A model generated the notes under the pieces. It searched no databases, was not told the DNA's origin, and saw nothing but the letters and a program-made list of their open reading frames with translations. Of a stretch of 64,000 bases of DNA, positions 30,586 to 40,377 are shown piece after piece. Both the position numbers and the translations under genes were made by a program. The DNA is from a virus: positions 1-64,000 of IMG/VR virus record IMGVR_UViG_3300033182_000538; one strand, 5' to 3'. Position 1 is the stretch's first letter. The number at the start of each line of letters is the position of its first letter.

Positions 30586-30844
30586 AGTATTTTTCTAATT
30601 CGGAAATAATTTCATATAGGTTTTTAAATATAAACCCTGTTTCATCATCAGCCTCAAATGAACCTTTGGAATCTAACTCCTTCATTTTAGCCATAGCATT
30701 GTCAATTTTAGAAGCCATAGTTGAAATTATTTCTTCTTGTTCTAAAATAACATCTTCAGAAGCTTCGTTCTTACGAAGAAGATTCCAAGTTGTAAATGCA
30801 AACGTGATTGTCGCTACTGACAATAATATAATTGTTATAACCAT
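30566..30844 (-). CDS. Small membrane-anchored coiled-coil protein
   Basis: N-terminal TM helix. Confidence 0.65.
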   Translation of the reverse strand: MVITIILLSVATITFAFTTWNLLRKNEASEDVILEQEEIISTMASKIDNAMAKMKELDSKGSFEADDETGFIFKNLYEIISELEKYYAKEEN

Positions 30845-31623
30845 TATTCTACAATATCTTTAAATGCGTCAAATACACTTTTAGTATCAGTAGTACTATT
30901 AGCAAAAGTTTCACTTAGGTTACCCTTCTTTGGTCTACCACTTTTTTTTGTACGAGTGGATTTTAAAGGGTTCATCTCATTCTCCCATCTTTTGTTTTCA
31001 TAGATAGCAGCCATTTGGTCAGCTGTATGCATTATAAATGGGATTGAAGTAGCAAGTCTATCATCATTATTGTATTTGATGTAGTACTCTTTATTATTCT
31101 CATCGTAAAGACCATCAGTCAATCTCATACCAATCATTTCTTCTTCAGTATATTTCACACCAAAGTGTTGGAGATTGTACATTGTTCGGTCATTAAGATT
31201 CATCCAATGAATATTTGGATTTGTTTTATAAATCTTACCTTGATTTTTTACGTGCCACTCAGAATCATTCTTGATGTAATAATCAGCATCAGGCGTTCCT
31301 AACTTTCCTAAGTCGTGGTGGAGTGCTGTAAAGATGAGAGTCTCTTTGTCAAACTCTTCCATAATCATACCAAGGTCTTGCCATAGGTCATACACTTTCA
31401 AAGCGTTACGAGTTACACGAAGAACGTGGTCAACGTATCCACCAGGAAAAGCATTATGGTAATGTTCAACTGAAGATGCTGGTGTGTAAATCATTCTCTC
31501 TTCAAAATGGTCGTACATCTTGTTAAGAGCTTCCAACCTTTCACCAGAAAAAGTTTGGTTAATTAATTTGCGGAACTTCTCGTAATTTGCTACGAGCTCC
31601 TCTGCGGTGAAAAAATCTAACAT
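30844..31623 (-). CDS. HD-domain phosphohydrolase (YhaM-like)
   Basis: PAS..YHNAFPGGYVDH, HHDLGK, HTAD. Confidence 0.85.
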   Translation of the reverse strand: MLDFFTAEELVANYEKFRKLINQTFSGERLEALNKMYDHFEERMIYTPASSVEHYHNAFPGGYVDHVLRVTRNALKVYDLWQDLGMIMEEFDKETLIFTALHHDLGKLGTPDADYYIKNDSEWHVKNQGKIYKTNPNIHWMNLNDRTMYNLQHFGVKYTEEEMIGMRLTDGLYDENNKEYYIKYNNDDRLATSIPFIMHTADQMAAIYENKRWENEMNPLKSTRTKKSGRPKKGNLSETFANSTTDTKSVFDAFKDIVE

Positions 31624-31626
31624 AAC

Positions 31627-32253
31627 TTAAATAATTTTATCAATGATACCTAAATCTAAAGCCTTTTCGGCTGACATAAAGTAATCTGAAGATGAAATGC
31701 CTTCCCAATACTCTTTGTCTTTATTTGTATTGTCAGCCATAAGTTGATTACAATCGTTCTCCAACTCCTCACTAAACTTAGCGTTTGATTTTACATCACT
31801 CAACTTACCAACCACAACAGTTGACAATTGGTGAACCATAATCTTAGAGTGTTTAGATGCGGCACGGATGCCAGTACCACACGTTAGAAGAAGTGCAGCG
31901 GCTGACATAGCTGCTCCTCTTACAATGATATTAAACTTAATACCTTGGTCTTTTTGTGATTTAATATAATCAATCAACGCAAGGGTCTCAATAACATCAC
32001 CACCTGGTGAATTGAGTAGAACATTAATGGTATCTAATTCACCATTAATTTTTTTGAGTAGTCTAACTTTAGATACTATATCAAATGTAAGTCCAGCTTG
32101 AATCTCATCTTGAATCAAGATTACATTATCAGTTGTATCAATACCATAGTCAAATTCTCTATAATATCTACGTTGTGTATCATTGCCATCTACTGGCTCA
32201 TAGTTTACTTCCATATTACCAGCCGATGTCGTGCTTCCGTATAATTCATCCAT
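31627..32253 (-). CDS. clpP: ClpP-like serine protease
   Basis: LNSPGGDV, GAAMSAA (Ser), IMVHQ (His), DYFMSAEKALDLGIID (Asp). Confidence 0.88.
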   Translation of the reverse strand: MDELYGSTTSAGNMEVNYEPVDGNDTQRRYYREFDYGIDTTDNVILIQDEIQAGLTFDIVSKVRLLKKINGELDTINVLLNSPGGDVIETLALIDYIKSQKDQGIKFNIIVRGAAMSAAALLLTCGTGIRAASKHSKIMVHQLSTVVVGKLSDVKSNAKFSEELENDCNQLMADNTNKDKEYWEGISSSDYFMSAEKALDLGIIDKII

Positions 32254-32316
32254 TATAAACGATATTTTTTTATTTTATTTAACTAAATATACAAAAATTA
32301 TTTGAATAATCCAAAC

Positions 32317-33408
32317 TTATCTTCGGTATATATGTTTTATTCTTTTTTGAGATTTCTCGCCATATAGTTTTTTGGCTTCATCAGTTGTGGGTATAAACTC
32401 TACATCTGACTTTTCAGTTTTTGTTTTTTCAGAAATTTCTGATACTTCTTCCACTTTTTCTTTTGGAGTTTTGCTTCCCTCTTCTCCCACTTCATCTTTA
32501 AGTATTGATAGTTGCTCCCCGCTCGAATCAACATTGGGTGTAGGTAACACTTCATCAGTATCGCTGATATCAGTACTCCGAATATTATCTTCAATTCCAT
32601 CCTCTTCCTTTTTTGTTAATTTGTTTAGTGCTATTACCATAGCAATCGCTAATGGGTCAAACACAAATACGATTAGTAATGTAAACCAATTTACAATCAC
32701 ATTCATTGGTCTACCTGTTATTTGAGACATATATCTCAATGGGCCAATTTCACCCGCTACTTCATTGTTTGATTCTAAATCTAAAATTTGTAAATCTAAC
32801 TTAGTTATAGAATCAGTTACAGCTTCCATTTTTATAGAAACTAAATTTCGTTGTTCTTTCATATCATCTAACTGAGCATTCAATACTCTACGAGTTGATG
32901 AAGATGTTGTGGTGATAATCTCACCCGTTTCTTTATCTTTGTATTGAATAGTATTGTTAGATAACCCTTTCGTTAACTCTGATATAGATGTGTTTAGTTG
33001 TTCTCTTTCAATCTTATAACCATCTAATGATTCCGAAAACCTATCTTTCTTTAACTCAATTACGTTTATTTGTTTGTCCATAATTCCTAACTGGTCGGCT
33101 GTTTTTTGATATGCCGATGTTAAGAATCCATATATACCTGCGGATGTGATTACCATTAGTACACCAACCGCTATTGTTAGATACCACTTCATCCACCCAG
33201 CCTTTTTCCAATTGTTATGTAGGTATGATGCTACTACCAACTTAGATAACTCTAAAGCCCCAGCCATAATAATCACCTCGAATCTAGCTCCAGCAAAAAG
33301 AGAACTCAATCCGAAGACTGAGTAGTATGCCGCTGAACCAGCCAAGGCGAATGTACTTATAATCATCAAGAAGACAAAACCATTCCTCTTGTTAAAAAAT
33401 TTTTTCAT
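32317..33408 (-). CDS. Membrane protein with long coiled coil
   Basis: 3 N-terminal TMs, coiled coil, IGPLRY, IVFVFDPLA TM. Confidence 0.75.
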   Translation of the reverse strand: MKKFFNKRNGFVFLMIISTFALAGSAAYYSVFGLSSLFAGARFEVIIMAGALELSKLVVASYLHNNWKKAGWMKWYLTIAVGVLMVITSAGIYGFLTSAYQKTADQLGIMDKQINVIELKKDRFSESLDGYKIEREQLNTSISELTKGLSNNTIQYKDKETGEIITTTSSSTRRVLNAQLDDMKEQRNLVSIKMEAVTDSITKLDLQILDLESNNEVAGEIGPLRYMSQITGRPMNVIVNWFTLLIVFVFDPLAIAMVIALNKLTKKEEDGIEDNIRSTDISDTDEVLPTPNVDSSGEQLSILKDEVGEEGSKTPKEKVEEVSEISEKTKTEKSDVEFIPTTDEAKKLYGEKSQKRIKHIYRR

Positions 33409-33541
33409 TTTCTTTCCAAAATATAGTTTTATTAACTTTTAAATCTGTACTTATTATCAAACTACGTTTCGCTAAGCAGCTCAAGCTAATAACTTTTTGA
33501 TACACATAAATATCAAAAAACTTAATAATAAATAATTAAAA

Positions 33542-34471
33542 TCAAGCTTTCCCCATACTATGCCCTTTTGGGTGTTTACCAAAATTGGAAAGATAATCTA
33601 ATACAGTCAGTTCTTTCATCTTAGCCTCGACCTCAATATCGAGAGAATGACCATATGTGTTAATTTCAGAATAGATGTAATCAGAGTGAGCTTGTGGTTT
33701 TACACCCTCTTCTTCTAAGGTACGAGATTCAGAATAGTGTACCAATGGTTTGTAGTCACCCCAAGTTGACATAGCCAACTCAAGTGCCTCTTGTTCACTC
33801 AGTCCACCAGTATTGAACTTATGGTGGTGATAGTCAAAGGTAATCGGAATACCAATTCTCTCGTGTAGATACATAAGGTCTTTGACTGAGTACATACTAG
33901 CCTTGTCATCGTTTTCTACAACCAATCTTGATTGTACTGACTCAGGTAACCTTTCAAAGTTTTTACAAAACCTATCCATAGCGGATTGTTTGTCACCATA
34001 CACACCATTACAATGTATATTGATTGGGTTGTAGTGACTTCTCTCTAACCCCATAAGGTCAAAGTGTTCTCCGTGTATAGATAAGTCTTTGATGGTGTTG
34101 TCTACGACTCTCTGATTGGGAGATACAAGAACATTGAATGGGCCAGGATGTGATGTGATTCTCTGACCATACTTTTTAGCCAAAGTACCTGCTCCCTTGA
34201 GTACGTTACTAAACTTCTCATAGTCTGGCATATCCGACAACTTGAACTCACTAGCCCAAGGAACTAAGTCAGAAGACATACGAAAGAGTTTAAAGCCATT
34301 TCTTTCATTCCATTTGATAATCTCCACAAGGTCTTTTGCGTTTTGTAGAGCAAGGTCTGATGACCTTGTGATACCTTCTTTGAGGAAAGTCTTTTTAATC
34401 ATACTACGATTAGTAGTAATCTTGTCTTTCCGAAGGGTCATATTGATACAGCAATATCCGAGATTTGTCAT
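33542..34471 (-). CDS. uvsE: UV damage endonuclease
   Basis: LGYCCIN, LFRMSS, SHPGPF, RLVVENDD, FDYHHH, HYSE, AHSDY, EAKMKE. Confidence 0.93.
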   Translation of the reverse strand: MTNLGYCCINMTLRKDKITTNRSMIKKTFLKEGITRSSDLALQNAKDLVEIIKWNERNGFKLFRMSSDLVPWASEFKLSDMPDYEKFSNVLKGAGTLAKKYGQRITSHPGPFNVLVSPNQRVVDNTIKDLSIHGEHFDLMGLERSHYNPINIHCNGVYGDKQSAMDRFCKNFERLPESVQSRLVVENDDKASMYSVKDLMYLHERIGIPITFDYHHHKFNTGGLSEQEALELAMSTWGDYKPLVHYSESRTLEEEGVKPQAHSDYIYSEINTYGHSLDIEVEAKMKELTVLDYLSNFGKHPKGHSMGKA

Positions 34472-34500
34472 ACTTTTTTATTTTACTATATAAAAGTACA

Positions 34501-34527
34501 AAAAAAAGGGGACTTATACAAGCCCCC
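34501..34527 (-). terminator. Rho-independent terminator overlapping the uvsE promoter
   Basis: Minus strand GGGGCTT-GTAT-AAGTCCC followed by a T-run. Confidence 0.75.
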
Positions 34528-34560
34528 AGTGTTAAATAATTGTTAAATTTTAAACAAGTA

Positions 34561-34845
34561 CTACGTTACCTTCAATCCGGTTTTAGCAGTTATTCTCCCC
34601 CACAATGCGACTACTTGTCCAACAAAGAACATTACACCAGCAACCACATTGTCAGCTGACTCAACAACATTGTCAGCATTTAAAATTTCATTTGTAGCGC
34701 CTTGGATATCAACATTACCATCTGTCATTGAGAAAACGATAGCTGATACTGATGATATAACTAATCCAATTATAGTTTTGGATTTATACCAAGCTTTTGC
34801 TTCATTAAACTTTTCATTAACAATTCCATCCATAAAAAACTCCAT
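34561..34845 (-). CDS. Small two-TM protein (holin-like)
   Basis: KAWYKSKTIIG motif, two hydrophobic helices, GRITAK end. Confidence 0.55.
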   Translation of the reverse strand: MEFFMDGIVNEKFNEAKAWYKSKTIIGLVISSVSAIVFSMTDGNVDIQGATNEILNADNVVESADNVVAGVMFFVGQVVALWGRITAKTGLKVT

Positions 34846-34970
34846 AGTTTTACGATACGAATATCAGATTAATAAATAATTTCACCGATAAGTAGTTCTA
34901 AAAAATTACCAAAAACATCTTTTTGGATAAAATTATACTATACGAACTAACTTAGATAAAATAGTATATA

Positions 34971-34998
34971 AAAAGGGGGATTCAAAAGAACCCCCCTT
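34971..34998 (-). terminator. Rho-independent terminator after the hsp20 unit
   Basis: Minus strand GGGGGGTTC-TTTT-GAATCCCCC-TTTT. Confidence 0.8.
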
Positions 34999-35012
34999 AT
35001 GTTAAGTCCGTT

Positions 35013-35204
35013 TCAAATATCTTCCCACTCGACATCCGTAACTTCTTGGCAAAAATAGAAAAAGCCATCTTTTCGTAATACAATATCAGCGTTCAAGTGG
35101 GATTTCCAGGTAGCGACAATTGGTAAGTGGTCTTCTCTTATTTTCCTTAAAACCAAATAGAGTTTGTCATTAAATGTAACCTTGTCGTACCTAAACCAAT
35201 TCAA
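35013..35204 (-). CDS. Hypothetical protein
   Basis: ORF abutting hsp20. Confidence 0.6.
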   Translation of the reverse strand: MNWFRYDKVTFNDKLYLVLRKIREDHLPIVATWKSHLNADIVLRKDGFFYFCQEVTDVEWEDI

Positions 35205-35205
35205 C

Positions 35206-35553
35206 TTACTTAACTTTTACTGTAATACTTTTGGATTTACGGTCTTCGTATTTTGGAATTTCAATACTCAACAACCCATCCTTAGCAACAGCACTTGTCT
35301 GATTTAAATCAAAGGCATCGTGGATTTTAAATTTCTTTTCAAACTTTCTATTACCACTTTCACCCTTGATAAGCAAGAATCGGTCTTCTACTTTCACCTC
35401 GATGTCTTTGTTTGACAAACCAGGAACTTCAAATTCCATAGTCAACACATCATCAAGAACTCTAGCGTTAGTAGTTGAAATTCGTTGGTCTTCTAAATCC
35501 CAATTCAAATAGGAATCAAAAACCTTGTTAAATGTAGAATCAAATAGTGTCAT
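35206..35553 (-). CDS. Hsp20/alpha-crystallin small heat-shock protein
   Basis: EVPGLSNKDIEV, LLIKGE, AKDGLLSIEIPK. Confidence 0.9.
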   Translation of the reverse strand: MTLFDSTFNKVFDSYLNWDLEDQRISTTNARVLDDVLTMEFEVPGLSNKDIEVKVEDRFLLIKGESGNRKFEKKFKIHDAFDLNQTSAVAKDGLLSIEIPKYEDRKSKSITVKVK

Positions 35554-35590
35554 ATATTACCCTTTTTAATGTTAATTTGTTATTAAAAGA

Positions 35591-35652
35591 ACAAAAGTAA
35601 TACCAATAGTGTATTTTATTACACTTTGTCAGGTTGTCAGACATTTTGTCAG
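35591..35652 (-). promoter_or_regulatory. Candidate sigma54 promoter with upstream TGACA boxes for hsp20
   Basis: Minus strand TTGG-TATTACTTTT-GT (GG-N10-G spacing); CTGACA x3 at 35627-35652. Confidence 0.5.
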
Positions 35653-36044
35653 TTCATTGACACTGGATTACTATGACCAATCAAATTGTAAATCATAACA
35701 TCATCGCCGTTTGAATCTAAGTACTCTAATATAAAACCATCCATCATAAACATTCTAACAGTGTTTTCCAAAACTGTTCTATTAGGACATTTTATAATAA
35801 ATGTTGTGTCATCGATAATCACATCTACGGCTACTTTACGAGATTTCTCTGAATCTTCTAAGTAGGAAATGTCATCCTCATCGAGTTCAAAATCTACCCA
35901 AGGTTCATCTTCATCTAATTCTAATTCACCATACAAGTAGTCGTGAAGATAATAAACTTTAGTAACATCATCTAAATGCATAAAGTAGTTGTATTCAGAC
36001 TCATCCCAATCCATAATATCTCCTTTACTATAAATATTACTCAT
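35649..36044 (-). CDS. Very acidic hypothetical protein
   Basis: ORF, D/E-rich. Confidence 0.65.
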   Translation of the reverse strand: MSNIYSKGDIMDWDESEYNYFMHLDDVTKVYYLHDYLYGELELDEDEPWVDFELDEDDISYLEDSEKSRKVAVDVIIDDTTFIIKCPNRTVLENTVRMFMMDGFILEYLDSNGDDVMIYNLIGHSNPVSMN

Positions 36045-36390
36045 ACCTAGCTTTCCAAAGATTATTTAAAAAATACAATGCTTCTTTGTTTAAAACACCT
36101 TTATCTGAATTGATAAACTCTTTAAAGATGTCAATGAGGTTTAGTACATATTCAGAAGTATGAACTGTTGTTATCCTTACCAACCTATCGTTAGCGTTGT
36201 CTCTATAAGTTAAATTAGATTCGGATATGGTTTCATCTCGAATGATATTTTTTATGTTGTTCTTAGCTAATGTATAATACGGGTCTTTTTTTTCTACAAT
36301 AACATCCCGTACTGTAATTAGATAATCGGACAAGCCGCTAGACTCATCCGATTTATCAAACATACTAAAAATATCAGTTTTCTCAGACAC
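36037..36390 (-). CDS. Hypothetical protein
   Basis: ORF overlapping its neighbours. Confidence 0.65.
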   Translation of the reverse strand: MSEKTDIFSMFDKSDESSGLSDYLITVRDVIVEKKDPYYTLAKNNIKNIIRDETISESNLTYRDNANDRLVRITTVHTSEYVLNLIDIFKEFINSDKGVLNKEALYFLNNLWKARYE

Positions 36391-36676
36391 CTAACCTATA
36401 CTTTTTCCTTGCGGTATCCATCGCTTGGGAAACAGTATGTAAAATACGATTACACTCAGCGTATGTTAACTCAACCTCAATGTTACCTAAATGTAGATAC
36501 CCTATCTTTTGAGGGCCGGATGGGTATTCATCGAAGTCAAAATCTTCGTGCATTTGAAAGTCGATAGTTGGCCATAACTTACCATATCTCTTTTCTTGCT
36601 TCTCCCTAAACTCTTCAGTAATACCGAATGATTGATTTACAAAACCACCTCTGTGTTTTTTGTTGAACTTCTTCAT
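36383..36676 (-). CDS. Hypothetical protein
   Basis: ORF; TATTTATA upstream. Confidence 0.65.
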   Translation of the reverse strand: MKKFNKKHRGGFVNQSFGITEEFREKQEKRYGKLWPTIDFQMHEDFDFDEYPSGPQKIGYLHLGNIEVELTYAECNRILHTVSQAMDTARKKYRLGV

Positions 36677-36727
36677 AAACTAAAAATAATTTGTTTCCTA
36701 TAAATAGTTTTTAGAAGATTAATAAAC

Positions 36728-37024
36728 TTACTTTTTTCTATTTCTTCGAGAAACTCTATTAAATTTCTTTTCATCAAAAGACATATCGCTTCTCATTGGG
36801 TGGGTTCTATTTAAATTTTGTTCCAACTGAACAGTTCTTGAAGCCCAATACCAAGCCATAGCAACATCTTTTTGTGGTGGAATCATAAACTCATCACCAA
36901 CCGTTGAACCAAATCCATCGGATATATAAAACTCACCAGATGAATTCATTTGTGTTTTAGCTTGTGGATATTTCTTTAGAACTTTTCTTTTGAAACTTTT
37001 AAACTTTTTAGTATCAATTTGCAT
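36728..37024 (-). CDS. Hypothetical protein
   Basis: ORF. Confidence 0.65.
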   Translation of the reverse strand: MQIDTKKFKSFKRKVLKKYPQAKTQMNSSGEFYISDGFGSTVGDEFMIPPQKDVAMAWYWASRTVQLEQNLNRTHPMRSDMSFDEKKFNRVSRRNRKK

Positions 37025-37226
37025 TGTTAAATTGTTTTGTAAGACTTCTACTTATGTGACACGATGAAAGGTCTTTGTTTACCGAACACCTGTCTACTAT
37101 CTTTCCGTTCTCCAAGAGGACTTCATAAATGAGCCCTCTCTTCAAACGAGTCTTCTTTAGCACTTCACCTACTCTGAAAGTACCATTGAGTTTTACTATT
37201 ACTGTATCACCTTTTTGGTATATCAT
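37014..37226 (-). CDS. Small SH3/KOW-like hypothetical protein
   Basis: YQKGDTVIV...GEV...YEV pattern. Confidence 0.55.
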   Translation of the reverse strand: MIYQKGDTVIVKLNGTFRVGEVLKKTRLKRGLIYEVLLENGKIVDRCSVNKDLSSCHISRSLTKQFNNAN

Positions 37227-37423
37227 TTAATAACACTCACGATTTTAGTTTCGACTACTGCCGTAACTTCGAATTCTAAGTTACTCCCTTCAAAGTCTTT
37301 TACAACCTTTGTCTCAGCATCAGTTACCGATACTGCGTTAACGAGGTACTGCTCAGTTACCTTCTTTACTCTACCTTTGTCATCTTCGTGATGAACTTTT
37401 ACTTTTGCAATATAATATGCCAT
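37223..37423 (-). CDS. DUF4494-like protein (Bacteroidota family)
   Basis: KKVTEQYLVNAVSVTDAE...FEVTAV.ETKI. Confidence 0.7.
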   Translation of the reverse strand: MAYYIAKVKVHHEDDKGRVKKVTEQYLVNAVSVTDAETKVVKDFEGSNLEFEVTAVVETKIVSVIK

Positions 37424-37440
37424 AATGTAATAATTAAAAT

Positions 37441-37659
37441 TTAGTTTATATAATTAGTGTCCAGCATTTGATTCAATTCAAATTCTGTAACAAGTTTGTA
37501 CTCTCCATTGGATTCTCCATAATGATAATCCTCAAAAATGGTGTGATAGTATTGAATCCACTTCTCACCATCGTGTTGTTTTCCGGCTGGTATAACTATG
37601 ATTGCATAATTATCACCATTGTCTTGGTATCTCTTACCCTCGAATTCAAATCTCTTCAT
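37441..37659 (-). CDS. Hypothetical protein
   Basis: Track ORF 37441..37716; start moved to MKRFEF to avoid a long overlap. Confidence 0.55.
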   Translation of the reverse strand: MKRFEFEGKRYQDNGDNYAIIVIPAGKQHDGEKWIQYYHTIFEDYHYGESNGEYKLVTEFELNQMLDTNYIN

Positions 37660-38008
37660 TACCCAACATTTTATTAGCGATATCGCCAAGTTCCGTAGTT
37701 TCATATACCAATTCACCTGATTGGTTTACTGACATCTTGATAAGTCCTTTGTCAATCAAATTCATAAGAGCCCTATCCGTTTCAAATATTTGATATTCTT
37801 TGTATGATGATGTCAAAATTTGAGATACGATATCAGCCATATCTTCTTTTGTAATATCATCAACATCAAGATTTGATTTAGAAATATTTGCTTTCAAAAT
37901 ATCTTGAAAGTCTTTGGGAGATTCAATCATATCCCAAACATCAGTACGAGACACATCATCCATTATCATAAGAGATAAAGTCTCAATTTGTTTATTAGTT
38001 AGATTCAT
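37646..38008 (-). CDS. Hypothetical protein, winged-helix-like C-terminus
   Basis: LMNLIDKGLI...YETTELG. Confidence 0.6.
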   Translation of the reverse strand: MNLTNKQIETLSLMIMDDVSRTDVWDMIESPKDFQDILKANISKSNLDVDDITKEDMADIVSQILTSSYKEYQIFETDRALMNLIDKGLIKMSVNQSGELVYETTELGDIANKMLGNEEI

Positions 38009-38180
38009 AGTTCTTTTTTAGTGTCTCCAAAAATTCAAATGAGTCAGTATTACCTACAAGAGCGTCTACCTTCGGCCCATAATATATTTTAAGTACATAC
38101 TCTGCTCCATAATCATACACGAGTTGTTTAAGTTTTTCTTTTGATGGCAAATGTCTTTTGTTAAATCCCATATTAATCAA
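37995..38180 (-). CDS. Hypothetical protein
   Basis: ORF (MGFNKR motif). Confidence 0.6.
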   Translation of the reverse strand: MINMGFNKRHLPSKEKLKQLVYDYGAEYVLKIYYGPKVDALVGNTDSFEFLETLKKNYESN

Positions 38181-38514
38181 ACCACTGTGTTCTATTAGTT
38201 TTTATATTTTTTATACCTTCATCTGAATGTTTAGGGTGATTCTTCTCATACTCAGCTATCGCTTCATTAGCTTTTTGTTCATTCTCCTTACCAACCTTTT
38301 TAGCAAACTCATATTCCTTATCAGTCATATCGTTACCACTCATCTTAGCAGCCATAGCAGCAAATCTTTTTGTGTGATATGAACTCAATGGTTTAGCGAA
38401 TTGTTTTAGATACTCGGTCTTAGAATCTAAGTACTCTAAGAACAACTCAAAGTCTTTTTCAGCCAACTCATCAATCTCTTTATCACTTAATGGGTTATTT
38501 GGGTCGTATTTCAT
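38173..38514 (-). CDS. Hypothetical protein
   Basis: ORF; sigma-A promoter directly upstream. Confidence 0.7.
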   Translation of the reverse strand: MKYDPNNPLSDKEIDELAEKDFELFLEYLDSKTEYLKQFAKPLSSYHTKRFAAMAAKMSGNDMTDKEYEFAKKVGKENEQKANEAIAEYEKNHPKHSDEGIKNIKTNRTQWFD

Positions 38515-38518
38515 AATT

Positions 38519-38550
38519 CAAATATACAAAAAAAATATTAAACATCCAAA
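38519..38550 (-). promoter_or_regulatory. Bacteroidota sigma-A promoter (representative; similar at ~13651, 32283, 45121, 47103, 52150, 55761, 60859)
   Basis: Minus strand TTTG-N20-TATATTTG, matching the -33 TTTG / -7 TAnnTTTG consensus. Confidence 0.75.
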
Positions 38551-38972
38551 CCTTTTCTACGCATTTTCTCTTGACAATAGTAATCGTAGAGTTCTTCTAA
38601 GTCCATTGGTTTTTCATTCATCATCTTGTCCCAAAGACAAAACCCAAATTCATTAGATAGGTCTTTTTTTAATTTTAACAATATCTTCTGCTCATCTTTG
38701 TAACCTTCTTCATCCAACTTTAGAGCTCTGACATTCTTCATTCTGGCGGTGTGTCTTGCTTCATTCTCATATTGAAAATATCCTTCACCGCCTTTGTACT
38801 TACTCATTATACTTTGGAAGATGGAGGAGTACTCTTTACGAGCCTCCTCCGCTTCCGCGTAATATTGAGAATAATCATAATCCCCATTTTGTATCTTGTC
38901 AAACAAGTGAGCGTTATGGGGCAAACGCTTTTTCTTTCCTTTAGTATACCATCTGAACGGATTGTATCCCAT
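38538..38972 (-). CDS. Hypothetical protein
   Basis: ORF (YNPFRW...KIQNGDYD). Confidence 0.7.
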   Translation of the reverse strand: MGYNPFRWYTKGKKKRLPHNAHLFDKIQNGDYDYSQYYAEAEEARKEYSSIFQSIMSKYKGGEGYFQYENEARHTARMKNVRALKLDEEGYKDEQKILLKLKKDLSNEFGFCLWDKMMNEKPMDLEELYDYYCQEKMRRKGLDV

Positions 38973-38986
38973 ATTATCTTTTTTAG

Positions 38987-39058
38987 TTACCCGATTAGGA
39001 TTCGAACCTAAAATGACTGGACCAAAACCAGTAGTGTTGCCAATTACACCATCGGGCA
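38987..39058 (-). tRNA. tRNA-Gln(TTG)
   Basis: Full cloverleaf TGCCCGA...ACTGG-TTTTGGT-CCAGT...GGTTCGAATCC; CCA not encoded. Confidence 0.95.
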
Positions 39059-39071
39059 GTTACTCTAACCC

Positions 39072-40337
39072 TTAAAAAGGATTAGAGATGTCATCAGTTT
39101 CAACGTTGAACAAATCCTCATCTTCAGGTGTTGAACCCAAGAACTTCTGAACGTATTGTTTCATATAAACTCGTTCTGAGTCAGCCCCACCACTTTGGTC
39201 AAACATTGGGTAGATGGTGATTTCAGCAGCCTCTTCAAGAGAGAACCCATCGTAAAGGAGAGACCCAATTTCAACAGCCGAACGGGTTGAAAGGGAGTTT
39301 GACAATCGTGGTGATTCAGACAACAAGTCAGTTCGAGTCATCGAAGTAATCTCAGCAACAGCCTTGAGAGTATCTACTTCTACTGAAGGATACATCATTG
39401 AAAGAAGAGAAGTTTCCTCATCCATAGTCAGAGTATCCATTTCAATGACAGTGAATCGGTCAAGGATAGCTCGGTCAAGAGCTTTGGTAGCGGTGTACTC
39501 ATTACCAATGTTAGCCGATGCGATGAAGGAAACACCTTCAGCAACCTTGACAACAGGCGAGTCAGCCGCCTCATCAAGTCGTAGGTATCGTTGACCTTGG
39601 TCAAGAACCGTCATCAAAATGTTGTGAGCCTCAGGGTGAGCTCGTGTCAACTCATCAAGGACAACCACGGTATTTGGAGTGGAGATTGCCTTGACAAAAG
39701 GACTTGGGTTAAAGACCGTACCCTTCTTGGCCTCAAACTGAGTATTACCAATCAGAGTAGTTCGTGGGTCTTGAGTAGCCCCCAAGTTAATAATGAAGGT
39801 GTTGTAACCCTCAATTGAATTTGCAGCCGCCTTGGCCGCCATAGTCTTACCACAACCGGCAGGACCAGTCATCATAATATTTTTACCTCGAATGATGTTT
39901 CGAATCAAGTACTTCCACTTGAGAGGATTCATAAACAACATTTGTGGTTTAAGACCCGTGGAGTCTTCGTGGATGAACTTGAGAATGTCATCACCCATCT
40001 CAGCCGAAACAACTGGTGGTGGGGGGGTCATCTCATATTTCAAAGCCACCAACCCACCATTAGGTTGGTTGAAGTTACCAACAGGAGTAGGATTCTCTTC
40101 GACCTTCTGAGCCGGAACACGAGTAAACCCAAGTTCACCATCAGACAATCGACCTACTACTCGGATTTTGAATCCGTATTTCTCGGGCTTCTTAGCCGCC
40201 TGGCGGGCCCGAACATAAAGTGAAGTTCCCTCTTCATTGAGTTGAGGAACATTGAACTGAACTCCAGCGGAGTCCTCGAAAAGGAACAAATCATCAACCT
40301 TGACAATCTTTCCAAAAACTGATTTTTGTGCTTTCAT
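39072..40337 (-). CDS. MoxR/CbbQ-type AAA+ ATPase
   Basis: GPAGCGKT, VVLDELTR, ASAN, LDRAILDRF, LSTR. Confidence 0.9.
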   Translation of the reverse strand: MKAQKSVFGKIVKVDDLFLFEDSAGVQFNVPQLNEEGTSLYVRARQAAKKPEKYGFKIRVVGRLSDGELGFTRVPAQKVEENPTPVGNFNQPNGGLVALKYEMTPPPPVVSAEMGDDILKFIHEDSTGLKPQMLFMNPLKWKYLIRNIIRGKNIMMTGPAGCGKTMAAKAAANSIEGYNTFIINLGATQDPRTTLIGNTQFEAKKGTVFNPSPFVKAISTPNTVVVLDELTRAHPEAHNILMTVLDQGQRYLRLDEAADSPVVKVAEGVSFIASANIGNEYTATKALDRAILDRFTVIEMDTLTMDEETSLLSMMYPSVEVDTLKAVAEITSMTRTDLLSESPRLSNSLSTRSAVEIGSLLYDGFSLEEAAEITIYPMFDQSGGADSERVYMKQYVQKFLGSTPEDEDLFNVETDDISNPF

Positions 40338-40377
40338 AGAAAACTGATTTTATTATTATTATCTCTCATTATTACTT

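Noticed and set aside
33440-33500. tmRNA tag-like stretch (aactac...gctaagcagctcaagctaa)
   Set aside because: Does not translate to an ALAA-type tag and has no tRNA-like ends
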